The notes under the pieces were generated by a model. The model did no database searches and was not told where the DNA came from. It saw only the letters and a program-made list of their open reading frames with translations. A program made the translations under genes and the position numbers. A DNA stretch of 64,000 bases. It comes from the human T2T-CHM13v2.0 reference genome, Homo sapiens. Positions within the stretch are counted from its first letter, which is position 1, and every line of letters starts with the position of its first letter. The DNA lies in assembly GCF_009914755.1 (NCBI RefSeq), contig NC_060927.1, one strand, 5' to 3'. This document shows positions 48,347 to 61,919 of the stretch, piece after piece.

Positions 48347-48546
48347 AGGTTTCCCCATGCCCTCTTTTGGACTTGATGGGGGTCATTTGGGACAATAAGG
48401 CCTGATAACTCCTTGGACTTAGGAAGCGAGAGAGCAGGAATCAAGAAAAGCTTTTGTGTTTTTTGGTTTGTGTAGAAAATATGATGGATTGAGATAAAAT
48501 TTTTCAAAATAGGCCCAATGAAGAAGAGCAGATTCAAGGAGTAAAG
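48347..48546 (+). ncRNA. Candidate lncRNA internal exon (200 nt)
   Basis: Branch-like CTGAC, acceptor CTCTTCCTTCCAG| and donor AAG|GTATGA. Splice signals only. Confidence 0.35.
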
Positions 48547-51226
48547 GTATGATTTTAAATTGGACATGTTATGTTGAAAAGATATTTGGCCTTATATCAT
48601 GCAGGATCTTGTAATTGCCTTTGAGAGAAAGCAGTGTTTTTATATGTCTAATTTTCTTTAGTATCTAGTATTTATATACAATTTATGTTTGTTGATGGGT
48701 TGGTTCCCTTAGCTGTGTGTGTGTGTTTGTGTATGTATGTATGCACACATGCCTAGAATTGCTTTGAGTTGTCTATACATTCACATGAAGTACTAGTAGC
48801 TTGTTTAAATGACAATAGTATATTTATATTCCTTCTTTCTTTCACTTTCTCTCCGACGTCTTTTCTGAATGTTTTTAGTCAGCATGTTCTTACTCTTTTT
48901 AAAGATATTTCTCATTAGGTAGATTGTAAAAGCCAACACCAAATGTTAAATCCAAGTTTGTTACACAAGCAGTTTGGAAGGTCAGAATGATCTCCACAAG
49001 ATGCATACCAGAAGCTAACTCAATTTTTGATTTTCCCAAATGACTTTTCTTGTGAAATCTGGTTTTCACATCTCCCTATGCTTTTCCCCAATGGCCTGCT
49101 TTTATATTTCAAAATATAACCAGGACAAAGTATTTTAGAAAAGTTATTGGTTTTAATTTATCTTTGAAATCTCTTGGATTATTCCTGGGCATTTTTTTCC
49201 TAGAAGAGTATTTTGCGTAGCATGGGTATTAAAGGAGTCTTTGTTGACTGGTTAAAAGATCTTAGTTAGTTTGAGCTAGAAGAAAACTTACAGATCATCT
49301 AGTCCAACCCTGTCCTTTTATCGTTGTGAAACAAAAGCCCAGATAATTGAAATGTCTTGGCCAAGTTCACAAGGTTAGGCTTAGACCTGCTGCTATTACT
49401 AATGATGCTGCTCCCTTATTTATGTGCATAAGTTGTCAGTTTCACAAAGCCATCATTTATCTCATTTGTTCCTACGGTAACTATGTGAGATAAGAAATAC
49501 AGAGATTATCAGTCCTTTTGGTTTTTTAACAAATGAAAAAATTGAGGCCCGGAGGAACTAAGTCAAATAGTTAGATTATCTTACTCATTTATGCACAAAT
49601 ATTGATTGAGCTCTTATTATGTGCCAGGCACTATTCTAGTTTTGTTCTAAAAACAGGCAAATGCTTTGTCCTCCTTGTATCAGGGAGAATGAAAGTGAAA
49701 ACACTCTAATAAATAATAGCTGAAATGAGTGAGCTTGCCTTCTCACTTCAGTCCAGTGGTGTTTTTCTCTACATCTCTGCTAATTAATTAAAACAAATAA
49801 CATTTCTGGTGGATTGATTAATTCTCCTTTACTGAAGAGAAATAGCCCCTTTAAAGAATTTATCCTGTAAAGCATGCAAAACATTTTAGATGCAGCAATA
49901 AAAAGAGGGCTTTAGAGAGTTATATAATTTTATGTGCTCAAGAGAATATGGAGAAACATCAGTACATGTTCCCTTTCTCTCCAGCTTTGAGATTTATGAT
50001 TGGTCTGTTACAATAATAATAGCTGAATATTGGTGCAAGAAATATATTTGATTCAGTGGGTAACATTTGACAGCCTTAACTTGTGAAATGTAGAAAAGTT
50101 CTTGCAGGAAGCTCCGGCAGAATGTGTAATGTACAAGAAGGTATTCAGGGAACAGAAAAATAAAATGAAAGGAACCTGCTACCCAATCTGTTTCATTAAA
50201 TATGAAAATTAAAATGCCTTAACAAAATGCTTTCTCTTCCTCTCTCCTCCCAACAAACAAAAGCTTTGGTAGGCAGCCTGAAATTGCTCATCAAGGAAAA
50301 AGACCAGACTCGGATTTTAAATGGCTTCTTCTGAATGAAGCAATTAATGCTAAAAGGAACATGTTGTCTTATCAGCATTTATAAGGTACAACATTCATTG
50401 TACTTGCTGGCACTCTATCAAGTCTCTCCTTGGCCTAAGCGAGTAGAGAAATGCTTTGCTGCGTGTGCTCTTGACCTCTGGTAATCGGGAGGATTTGGCT
50501 GATAAACTTGACAGGAGTGATTCTCCCTGGGACTGGAAATGTGCCCGGGAAATGTGCTCTGGAGTCTCTCTCGCTCAGACCCTGGCCAGCCAGCCGTGGC
50601 AGGCCCATCAAGGCTGGCAACTCACCTATTTGCCAATTAGAGGTGGTACTGCTGTATGATTGTTTAGGATTTGAAATGCATTAGAGTAATGCAGCAGAGT
50701 CTTGTCTTTACTTCGTTGTACGTGTTCTGATTATTCAGCTTTTTCAGGTAATATTTTAAGAATATTACCTTCTTAAAGTTACTTATTATTCATTGACTCA
50801 CTAATTCACGTGTTCATTCAGAGCACATGAATTAATGAGTTCCAGTGTGCCAGAGACAGCTTTGGGGAGGCTCTGGAGTAGGTACACAGAATAAGACATG
50901 GTGCTTGTCTTTAAGGAGCCTCAGTCTAATGGAAGAAGCAGGCAGAGAAATTCCTTGTGGCAATAAAACATAGTGGCTTAGAAAAGAAGCATATTTAAAG
51001 TGCAAGGGGAGCTCAGAAGGGGTGACAAAAGCTCCATCCTGTATGGTGATTTAAAGCAATGGCTTTCAAACTGTACTGTGACAACCCTGGGAGATGGGGA
51101 AAGTGAAAGACATAGATTAACAAGAGAGTTTAGATTATTCTTCTGCTAGATCCCCTCAGAAGAAGGGCTTTCTCTTTTGTTTCACGTATACATATTATGA
51201 CATTTTTTTTAAGAACAAAGGACTTT

Positions 51227-51276
51227 GTGTATGTGTGTGTGTGTGTGTGTATATATATATACACACACACACATAC
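51227..51276. repeat. (TG)n(TA)n(CA)n compound microsatellite
   Basis: Visible runs containing a 36-bp perfect palindrome at 51238-51273. Confidence 0.95.
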
Positions 51277-52503
51277 GTGTACATATATTAATATAGCTTT
51301 TCTTCATTAACTCATTTAATACTCTAATAATCTTGGCAGCAGGAGGCAATGTCCTCTCCACTTTATGTATGAGGAAACTATTTATCTTACATGAACATTT
51401 GTTATTTCATGGGCATTGCTAAAAATAGTAATCTTTATTTTTTCCTCCATAAAACCAAACTACTGAAATATTTTCACATTCAATTTGGGAAGGTCCACTA
51501 CTGGCATGGAGCAAGATAAGAAATTGTTCAATGGGTAAATGATGGCAGAGTCTAGACCTATCTTTCTATACAATAACCCATGTTAAATAAATCCAAACTT
51601 TTAATTTATTAGCTTGAAAGTTAAATAAACTTTTGACCAAAGTAGTATTAGATCTTGCAATGAGATCTTAAGTGATTTACTTTAATCTGTTCTACCTTCA
51701 ATTTAGTAGGTAATCTTTTAGGTCTCTCTTCGCTCTGAATGTTTGCTTTTACTTCTTGTTTTCCAATATTGGATGATTTATTTAATTAATTTCTAGGCAA
51801 CTACATAAAAAAGTCTGCTTATACTCAGACAAAAAGTTTTCTTATTGTTTTTAATGTTTACTTTAAGATAATAATGTAGCATTGGAAGGGAAACCTGTAT
51901 TATAGAGTCAGAGCAAGTCAAATCCTTGTTGTTCCACAAACAAGACATATAACCTCGGGCAAGTTTCTTTTTCTCCCTTGGCTTCAGTATTCTCAGGTGT
52001 CAAATGGAGATATTAATCCCAGTTAACCTCCCGTATTGTTTTTGAGGATCAAAAGAAATGATATAATAGAAATTACACAGTGAATTTATAAACTACTACA
52101 TTAAATGAAGGTGCTTATTATTTACTGAGCCCTGGGCCTGTCAGACCATATGATCTTCTTCCAGGGTTGTCTGTTTATAGCTGATTAATTACTCTTTCTC
52201 TCCACCCCACCCCTTTTGAGGTCCAAAAAGGTAGGAGATTGGCAAAGAAATAAAAAGCCACAGCTTTCATGTAAACAACTCCTCCCCCAATTAATCCTTC
52301 TTTGGTCTCTCTATTCATATGTCTTCTTAATCAACAGGTACAAAGGAAGTATCACCTTCAAGCCCCATGTTAGGATTCTGCCAGCTCAGGGGCCCCAGAT
52401 CTCAGAAAAGACCATCCTCCTCCTTTGCAGAATTCTTTATATCAGACTTATTTTTCTCATTGAGAGATTCCATTGCCTATTCAGAAGATGGAGCTGCAGG
52501 GTG

Positions 52504-52506
<3 letters not shown>

Positions 52507-52557
<51 letters not shown>
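52507..52557. repeat. (TG)25 microsatellite
   Basis: Uninterrupted dinucleotide run. Confidence 0.97.
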
Positions 52558-52560
<3 letters not shown>

Positions 52561-53741
52561 GTATATTTAGTTTTATTTTTTAAAATGTCTTTAGTGATCA
52601 GAAAAAAATGCTTCTGTAAGAACATCACCCTGATGGCACTCCATCTTTATTGTCTCATATCAGATTAACTTTTCTGACAAAGTACAAAGTGGATTTCTCC
52701 CTGCCAGCTCTATAAGCACTGCCGATGCCTGGAAGAGAGCTGGGCTCTTTTCCTGAGTTCACAGCATCATTATAGATAATAAAAATCCTGGAAGTGGGAC
52801 TTTACTGACAATTTTGGTTTGGGGGATGATGCATGAGACAGAGAAAAGTCCATTTTGGGCAATGAGGTGCTGACACCAGGAAAACTCTTTGTTCCACATA
52901 AAATAAGTCAATTTGACTCAGAAGATACATGGAGGGTAGAGCTATATTCTCATAAGGTGGCATGACCTTCTTCTAGTATTAAAAAAATACCACTCTGCTT
53001 TCAGACAGAACTTGAAGGTTATTTCTTCTTTCCTTAGTTAAGGGAATCTGCTCAGAGAACAAGATAATAAATAGGCTTAACTCCTAGTTTTGCCACTTAT
53101 TAGCTCGATGTCACTAAGACTGGCCACTGGTTATTTATAAATTGGGAAAAAATACCTGCCTTATTATCCCCTGGTATGTTGTGAGGGTTAAGTGAGAATT
53201 CCTTCATGTGTATGAGGCTTTCTGATTTTAAAGCATTTTTATATGGGAAATGGGTGCATGTGATTAAGAGTGTGGTTTTTTGGGGCAGCAAAATGTGTCT
53301 GAATTCCATTTCCATTATTTCCTAGCTCTATGACCTTGTATAATTTGCTTAAGCTTGCTGAGCTTAGATCTACTCATTGTTCAAATGGAAATTGGACCTC
53401 CAAATTTATGAGGACATCAGAAGGATTAAATGATACAAGTGAAGTGTTTACCTTGGCACCTGGTGTTTGCTATGTATTCTATAAATTATTGCTAGTTGTA
53501 TCTTATTTGATTCCTACCAAACCCTGTAGGGAAAGAAAGACAGCTCTTATTCACACGATTTCATTGTGAAATAATTGCTAACCAGAAGTACACAAAGATG
53601 AGTGTGATGATGATCTAGGGTTTGAATCCAGTTTCTAGACTTAAATCCAGCAGGAATATCCTGTAAAACAACATATAAACTTAGAGCTTCTGACCTCTAA
53701 GCTGTCAGTAATTACAAATCTGCATCTTCCCTTTGAGACAG

Positions 53742-53895
53742 GATTATTTATGAGGATGGCCTGTGCAAAAAGACACCCAGAGATTTCATGCTGTTGATTC
53801 ACAGAAAGCCTGTTCCTCTTCACTCCGTAGAGTCCTCAGAGTCTGGATCATCCCTTACAGAAGATCCTTGATAATATTTCTGATATACCTCCAAG
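53742..53895 (+). ncRNA. Candidate lncRNA internal exon (154 nt)
   Basis: Acceptor CATCTTCCCTTTGAGACAG| and consensus donor AAG|GTGAGT. Apparently unique sequence. Confidence 0.45.
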
Positions 53896-55054
53896 GTGAG
53901 TAGAAGGAACTATGGGAGTGGCAACCAAAAAGGAAAATTATGATGCCTATAGGAATTTGATTTCAGTAGCCAGAATAGCATTGAGGCCACAAAACCATTA
54001 CTTAGGTGTCTGCTCCATCAAAAACTGGGATCCTAAAAGGCAAGATGTCAGAACTAGAAGGATTTTAGAGATCATATAGGTGCTGACATATGTTAACAAA
54101 TGGAAACTATTGACACAAGTTAAAATTGTATCTGCCACAGTGTATATTATAACCAATGTGCCAAGTTAGTGGTCAATGGGCCTCTCAACTTTCAATTTTG
54201 AAAGTCACGTTTGCTTTGGAGATACCGTAGGGCATCTTGACATGAACATGACACAACCTTTGTCCTTAAGACCAAAATAAGAGATATCAATACAATGTGA
54301 ATAACATGTGGCTATACTCCCAGGTAAAGGTCTTAAGGTCTTTTTATAGCAATGTGGAGATTCAGAGAAAAACAAACCATACTTGATTTGGAGAATAAAG
54401 GAGGTAAACTCACAAAAGAGATGGCCTCTGGGTAGAACCTTGAGGTCCAGATGTTATGGAAGAGAAAGAAGTATGAAATCAATGGCCTTTGTGAGGTAGA
54501 GTCTAAGTTGTCTTCCCTCAGACTCAGTTTCTCACTAGGAAAGTGAAGTTAAGCATAATTCCCTATATGCTTAGCTGGTATATGTAAAAATGTTGTGTTC
54601 AAAGTCTTCCTCCTCTTCTCTTTCATTCTTTCCCCAAAACCTCACTACAGGTCCCAAGAGGTGGGCTCCTACTTTAGTCTACCAGGACCATCTTATAGGT
54701 TGTTGCTGATTTTGATCTTTCCTCACAGCTTAAAAAATCTGCACAGTATTTTTATCATTGGGCTTTTGTGGGGAGTGAGAAGTAAAAATAACTTAAAAAT
54801 TTTAAAATAAATTTTGCACAATTGCAAGATGAGTCAGAAAGGGAAAATTCCTGTTTGTCGTGTACTCTTAATGAATTCGTTTTGCTAGAGTCTTGTGATA
54901 GATGAACCTTTGTGCAGCTCTCCTGGAGCATGGGCCGCCATGGCCCTTGCATGGAATCATTGTACCAGAGCTGTCAGTATTGTGCAAAGACGGCCTGGAG
55001 GAGGGAAGAAGACATCTTCAAGAAAGGGACAGAGTATTGGAAGTCAGGTCAAGG

Positions 55055-55213
55055 TAGGTTTATCAGATTTAGGAAATAAAAATACAGGGCATCTAAAGAA
55101 AAAAATTGTTTTAAGTATGTCTCAACCATAACATGAAACATATTTATACTAAAAAAGTTGTTTATCTGAAATTCAAATTTAACTGGAGTCCTATATTTTA
55201 TCTGGCAACTGTA
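55055..55213. mobile_element. MER53 hAT MITE, partly deleted
   Basis: TTGTTTATCTGAAATTCAAATTTAACTGG...TATTTTATCTGGCAAC. Confidence 0.8.
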
Positions 55214-55402
55214 GTTGAATGAGATGAAAAGGTCAAAGAGTTAAGAAGTAATAAAGATATTTTTATAAGGGTTTATAATTTTCGAAGTGCCCTCATGTTC
55301 CTTATCTCATTTTGACCTCATATCAACAAAATGTTGGTACTATTTCTCTAATTTTAGTGATAATGAAAGATTAGGCTGAGAGAGCTTAGGTAACTTACCT
55401 AA

Positions 55403-55619
<217 letters not shown>

Positions 55620-55631
55620 CAACTCAGTTAT

Positions 55632-56402
55632 CTTTTAAACTTCTTATTTTGAGATAATTTTAGACTCAGGAAAAACAAAAACAAAAACAACAGCAGCAGC
55701 AACTTCTCCTAATGTTAACATCTTATCTACCCGTGGAACAATGATTAAAAACTAAGAAATTAACTTTAGTACTATTCACTAAAGTATGGACTTTATACAT
55801 ATTTCATCAATTTTTTCACAAATGTCCTTTCTTATTCCTAGGCTCCAATTCAGAGTCCCACGTTGCCTTAGTTGTCAGGTCTCCTGCCATCTGTGACAGT
55901 TTCTCACAGTTTTTCCTTTTCTTTCATGATTGTGACACTTTTGAAGAGTACTGATGAGTTATTTTGTAGAATGTCCTTCAATTTTGGTTTTTCTGATCTT
56001 TTCTTGGGACTATACTGAAGGTATTGCAAAAGATACCACAGCAGGGATGCGTCCTTCTCAGGCTGTGATACCAGGTATATTATGTTGATATATATTATTG
56101 GTGACATTAACCCTGATCACTTGGTTAAGATGGCATCTGCTGGATTTTTCCACTGTAAATTTGCTGTTTCCCCCTTTGTTATTACTAAATATTTTGAGAA
56201 GTGACACTTGAGACTATAAAAATATGCTGTTTATACTTAAACTTTCCCTCATTAACTAATTTTAGCCTCTTGTGGTGGATCTTGCTTGTTGCCATTGTTA
56301 TTATGATGTTGTAATGGTCATTTTCTATTTTCCTCATTTTCTCTATATTTATTAACTGAAACTCTCTGTTGGAAAGAGTTGTCGCTTCACTCCTTATTTA
56401 AG
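55632..56402 (-). mobile_element. L1MC-like 3' end
   Basis: TTTTGAGATAATTTTAGACTC, TCCTAATGTTAACATCTTA, TTTGTAGAATGTCCTTCAA and GATCACTTGGTTAAG. Confidence 0.8.
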
Positions 56403-57727
56403 CTCAGTTATTTTAAGTCCAAGACTATTGCTTTTTTCACTAAAGCACAGATGAAGAAAAAAGTATAGGATTTTGAGCTATGGTAAAGTTATGATTGTTT
56501 CATGTGCACAGTGGAAGGAGTATGAAAATAATTTTACTTATTTTACTAACATTGATCAAACATTTACTTCTATACAGGGCCTTGTGTTAGGCATTGTGAA
56601 GGAAAGAGAAATGCACAAAAAATCTCATGGAGGCTGATAAATCAAAGATAATACTTAAGGTACTCTTCATAAGAGGGATAATAAAACTTCTCAGCTGAAT
56701 GTTGAACTGATAAATGATTATGTTGATGACTATGGCAATGATAAGTGAATTGTAATGCAGTTATCAAGCACTCATGGCAAGCTCAGCTCTGAGTAATATA
56801 GAATATCCTCAACCAGATGATCATGATGTATGTACAGATCTTGGCACATACATCATGTGCCATGGGTTCTAGGCACATGCATAGTACCGAGTATGTTGGG
56901 TTATAAGCACCATGAGATCTTTCTCATAATTTATAGAAAGAAGAACTCAACTAGACAATAACTATTTTGACTGTCTTTAGGATCCATGATTCCTTTCTGC
57001 CTGGGAGAGATTATGAGGCTTCAGAGAATTCAAACATTGCTCCTCATTAAGGAAATGGTGAATTAACTTACATGTAGTACCTGAAAAAATTAAACTTCTA
57101 TTCTCAGTGCTTTCTTAACTGGCCTAAAATGGACCTTACAGGTATAATCTCAGTAACTCAAATGTTATCAGAGGAAAATGGCCTGGCATGGTCAAAACGT
57201 AGCAGATTATTTTAACCAGTAGTTAATAAAACTGAACAACAGCATGAAAGAGAACACCAATAGTCCCTTGACATGGACTGTAATAGGATGAAACTAGAGG
57301 CAAATGTAGATTCCCTTCTGTGAGTGTGAGGGCTCTACTATCAAGCAACCATTTATATATTCTGGCAGAATATGAACTGCTTAGGACACACTCATAATGT
57401 GATGTGAAGAGTACCAATGTCTGTTAAAAAAATCCATTTGAAAGTACTATTTAAAAAATCCAACAGTAGAGCTATATATTCCAGCTATAACAGGCTTTCA
57501 TTTACATTCTTCCTCAAATGCAGGTCATAACCTGAGTTTGAGGTGCAGGGAATGACCTGCGTTTTAGAGAAGAGGAAAGTGAGGTTCAGGGCCATATGTG
57601 ATTTTTGCTAACAATGGTGGATCTTGAGCTAGGATCCAAAACTTCTGATTATGAGATGTGTACTTTTTACCTCATGCCATGTTACCTCTGGCCGGTAAAA
57701 TACCTAAAATTCTGCACAACTCTAAGT

Positions 57728-57860
57728 AACGTGATCGTATGTCCCACTTTGCCCAGAACAGTTCAGATTTATCCTTTTTGGCAGCATAATTAGTAATAAT
57801 CTTACCTTTTACTCTAAAAAATGTTTTAAATCGGAGCAGCGATTATGTAGTAATTTCACT
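57728..57860. mobile_element. MER94-like hAT MITE
   Basis: GTATGTCCCACTTTGCCCAGAACAG...CATAATTAGTAATAA...TTTTACTCTAAAAAATG. Confidence 0.6.
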
Positions 57861-59083
57861 GATGGGAGGGCTCAGGGAGATTCCAACTTGGGCTTCAGTG
57901 TTTAAATTGGTGCTAAAGAAATCCCTAATGAGTTACTTCTATACATTACAAAAAGGCAATATCATTTAAGATATTATGTAAATATGATACATTCTAATGT
58001 TGGAATTATATATAAATATTCATGTGTGTATATGTATACGTGTATATACGTGTATCTATATGTGTGTTTATATATATATAGTTGTCTAGAAAAAAGCTCA
58101 CTAAAAGGCAAAATTACAATAATTTGAGAATATAAAATCTCCATCTTGAAGGAAACAAGACCATGTAGATAGCAGTTGATAACATAATAATAATTCTTCT
58201 CACAAATGCAGTAGGACTTTATATTACTGAGCACTTTCTGATCATATTTTCTCATTTCAACTTTCTAAGAATGCTCAGTCAATAAACGAATCCCCCATTT
58301 TGCAGGTGAAGCCAAAATGCAGATACACAGTGAATGAGGCAGATCTGGGACCTCTGAGATTGTCCTCATTAAGACCCTTCAGCACTGACCTTTATCCTTA
58401 TCCTATATTGGCTTTCAAAGCTAAGAGTGAGACATTGAACTTATAGCCAGAGGCATATTATTATGCTTGTGCTGCTTGTCTCTCATCTCCTTGAGAAGGA
58501 AAAGGAGAGCATAATAGTGCCACAGTATAACTCAGGAGAAACTAAGGAAAGCTTCTTTTTTATTTAAAGCCAACGTTTAGCCAATGGTTAATTTCTGTCT
58601 CAAGCTATTCAAAGGAATACTAACTAAGATTTGCTGTGACTGCTATGTGATTTATGGCAACTTGCTTTTCTTCTCTAGTCCTCAGTTTCTCCATGTGAAA
58701 AATGAAACTTTTAACTAGATCATCTCCATGGTTCTCTCTGGCTCTGATAGTGCACGACTCCCTGATTCTGAACTTCTGGGAAAAGGACAAATTCCAAAGC
58801 TGTATTCCAGAACCACCCTGTCTAACTTGGTCTCTTCTTTTCTTTGCATTTGGAGTGAGCCCAAAAGAAAGGTCATTTTTGCAGACATCTTGATGTTGTG
58901 CTCCAATGTCCTCATTAAATAACAGGAGCCTGGACTGGCAGGCCCAAGGGAATATTCAATCAAGGAGAAAAAGGCCAAGTCATTACTGGAACCCTATCAT
59001 CAGAGCTGTAAACACAAGCATCTATTCCTGGGCGTTAGCTGAAAGCGTGTTTGATCGCGTGCTTTCTCTCTCTCCTTATACAG

Positions 59084-59382
59084 GTTCCGTTTGTCAAATG
59101 TGTGCGACCCTTCTGATAAGTCACCAGAGGTGATGAGGGAGAGAGAGAAAGAAAGCAAATTACAACTGTAAAGAGTCTCTGAACAGTGAAAGATCAAAAC
59201 AGACAGTCTCTGGCTTTACTGGATGAGTCACCATTGCAGCCCGACCGCAAAAACAAGCGTGGCTTCTGTACTTAGCAGCAGTCTTCCTGTCTGGAAAGGA
59301 AACATTGCTCAGATTGGAGATACTGGCCATTTTATAGACTTCAAAGCAACTTAGGCCACTGAACTGTCAGGCGGGAAAACAG
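59084..59382 (+). ncRNA. Candidate lncRNA exon (299 nt) overlapping an enhancer-like motif cluster
   Basis: Strong acceptor CTTTCTCTCTCTCCTTATACAG|G and donor CAG|GTAAAA. Unique sequence with locally retained CpGs. Confidence 0.45.
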
Positions 59383-59559
59383 GTAAAACAATTTTCCTAG
59401 CGTTTGTCTGGAGAATCAGCTACTCAAATCTGATTTGAAGCTGCATGGAAATACTTTCATCTTTAGCCAAAGCTGTTTATTTTAAAAAGTTTTAGTATGA
59501 TGGTCTTCAGTTCCAGTGTAGTATGTCTGTTTTTCCTCAAATAATGTAAGTTAGTTTTT

Positions 59560-60070
59560 TCTGGAAGAGACTTGTTTCCAGGCACTGAGCTAAGTTCTGT
59601 GGGGGATGGAGATATAATCAACATGAGGACCTTCTAATGAGGAAGCGGGGCCAGTACACATACCATGACACTATGAACGGAAATATGTACTGAAAACAGG
59701 AAAAACATGATACCATGATGGTGCAAGGAAAACAGAGGTGGGTCTTGATGAATGGTCTACCAGAGGAGAGACTAGTGTAAAGAAAGGCCTGTGTGTATTC
59801 AGGATTTAGCAATGAGTCTAATTTAGGTTGAAATGTAACATACAAATAAGGAAGTAGAAGAAATAAAACTGGAAAGAGACTGGGATCAGATCTGGAAAGA
59901 GTTTGAATGCCAGGATGAAGATTTGAAGTCTTATGCTGTGTGCTAGGGAGACAGGGAGAGAAGAAGTAGTAACGTTATGGGAAGATAATAGTGCCAACTC
60001 CAGAGAGGAAAAGGCAAAGGAGCAAGATCAAGATCAGTTAGAAGCCTCTTGCCACAGTTCAGGAAAGAAA
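59560..60070 (-). mobile_element. L2 fragment
   Basis: GTTCCAGGCACTGAGCTAAGTTCTG...TTTGAATGCCAGGATGAAGATTTG. Confidence 0.6.
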
Positions 60071-60082
60071 TTAATTTTGGCC

Positions 60083-60416
60083 TGATATGGTTTGGCTGTG
60101 TGTCCCTACTCAAATGCCATCTTGAATTGTAATCCCCTCGTATTGAGGGAGGGAAGTGACTGGATTATGAGGGTGGTTTCCCCCATGCTGGTCTTGTGAT
60201 AGTTCTCACAAGACCTGTTGGTTTTATAAGCCCTGCCTACACTTCTCTCTCCTGCCACCATGTGCAGAAGGTCCTTGCTTTCTCCTCTGCCATGATTGTG
60301 AGTTCCCTGAGGCCTCTTCAGCCTTGTGGAACTGTGAGTCAATTAAGCCTTTTTCCTTTACAAATTACCCAGTCTCAGGCAGTATCTTTATAGCAGTGTG
60401 AGAACAAACTAACACA
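60083..60416 (+). mobile_element. THE1D-like MaLR solo LTR
   Basis: TGATATGGTTTGGCTGTG...AATTACCCAGTCTCAGG...CTAACACA. TSD TGGCC/TGGCT. Confidence 0.92.
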
Positions 60417-61088
60417 TGGCTCCTCACTTACAGCATTCCATCTCGAGCTAGACAAGAGAAGATCTACAGGAGAGGGTTGTGTTAATGCATCTGAATTTCT
60501 AACCTAGTCTATGAGGATATTAATATAAATAAAAGTATTCACCATCACAGAATGGATTAGTGTATGTTAAAGTCATTGAGTGGAGGTGTGTGAGACTCTG
60601 AAGACTGTGGCCAACTCAAGTTGACACAACAAAAGAAAGTTGCTCACTTCATAGAAGTGTGGAGGCAAATAGTGTTATCTGGACTACTCATACTGCAGGC
60701 TTTATTGCTGCTTGGAATGTTGAATACACATGTTAGCTATTCAACCCATAGTTTCTTTCCATTGTATGGTTTGTTTCCAGTCAAGGTCCCAGCCCTTGGT
60801 CTTTGAAAGTAGTGACACCAGGAAGGAAGAGCTTCCACCTTATCTGGTGGCTCTGTCCCTGCTGTGTGTCTGACCGTGGGTAAATCACCTGCCATCTCTG
60901 GGGCTTGGTTTCCTCATCTGCAAAATGAACATGTTATGTTCTTCAGTATTCAGGGCCCTTCAAAGTTTCAGCAGTTTAAGTTGTATGTTCAGTACAAGTA
61001 GTATCCATTACTAACGTTATCTTTCACAAAATGAACCAATCTCATTGAACCCTCCTAACAGCCCTAGGAATAAGCAGTGGGGGTATCC

Positions 61089-61397
61089 TTTTTTTTTTTA
61101 TTTTTTTTTTTGAGACAGAGCCTCTCTTTGTTGCCCAGGATGGAGCACAGTGGCATGATCATAGCTCACTGCGGCCTTGACTTCCCTGACTCAAGTGATC
61201 CTCCCACCTCAGCCTCCCCAAGTAGGTGGGACTATATATAGAGGCATGCCACCACACCTGACTAATTTATAAAATTTTGTAGAGTTGGGGTCTCACAATG
61301 TGGTACAGGCTGGTCTCAAACTTCTGGCCTCAAGCAATCGTCTTTCCTCAGCCTCCCAAACTGCTGGAATTATAGGCATGAGCCACTGCATCTGGAT
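61089..61397 (-). mobile_element. AluJ SINE
   Basis: J diagnostics (ATCATAGCTCACTGC, CTCAAGTGATCCTCCCACC, GGCCTCAAGCAATC), highly diverged. Confidence 0.9.
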
Positions 61398-61919
61398 GGT
61401 ATAATTATTTTAAATACATTTTACTCATATGTTAATAGAGCCACATGAAAGGTAAATAATTTTCACTAGGACTTACAGTGATTTACTGATCTAGTCATGA
61501 CTAGAGCCTTGACCACCTGACTCCTAGCCCAGTGCTCTCTCCACTCTACCAGGCTGTACTGATCAGTAAAGTACATGACAAGGAATGTACGCAGTTTTCT
61601 ATGATCTTGAATATGCTGTGGCTTTATTGTTTCTTCTGAGTTAGGACAGCCCAACAGAAAAATAATGGTTTTACGGGGTCCCTGAAAAGTTTTACTGGTT
61701 AAATGCATGTCTTTTAGTCTACTTCCTTACAGTGGGATGTGTGCAGATGTTGAGCTCTTCTTTGCGGTCAGTACTTCTGTCGTCAGATGCAGGTGGTTAT
61801 GAACTTGGATGCAGTCAGTAGCCAGAGACTTGGCCATCTACACTCTTCAGCATGGGTCCCTCTGACCCTAAAAATCATACAGTCCCTGGGCCAAAATGGC
61901 CTCATCCAATCCAATGTCC

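Noticed and set aside
55055-55213. MER53-derived miRNA hairpin (miR-1302-like)
   Set aside because: One arm is partly deleted and diverged, so the long hairpin is broken.
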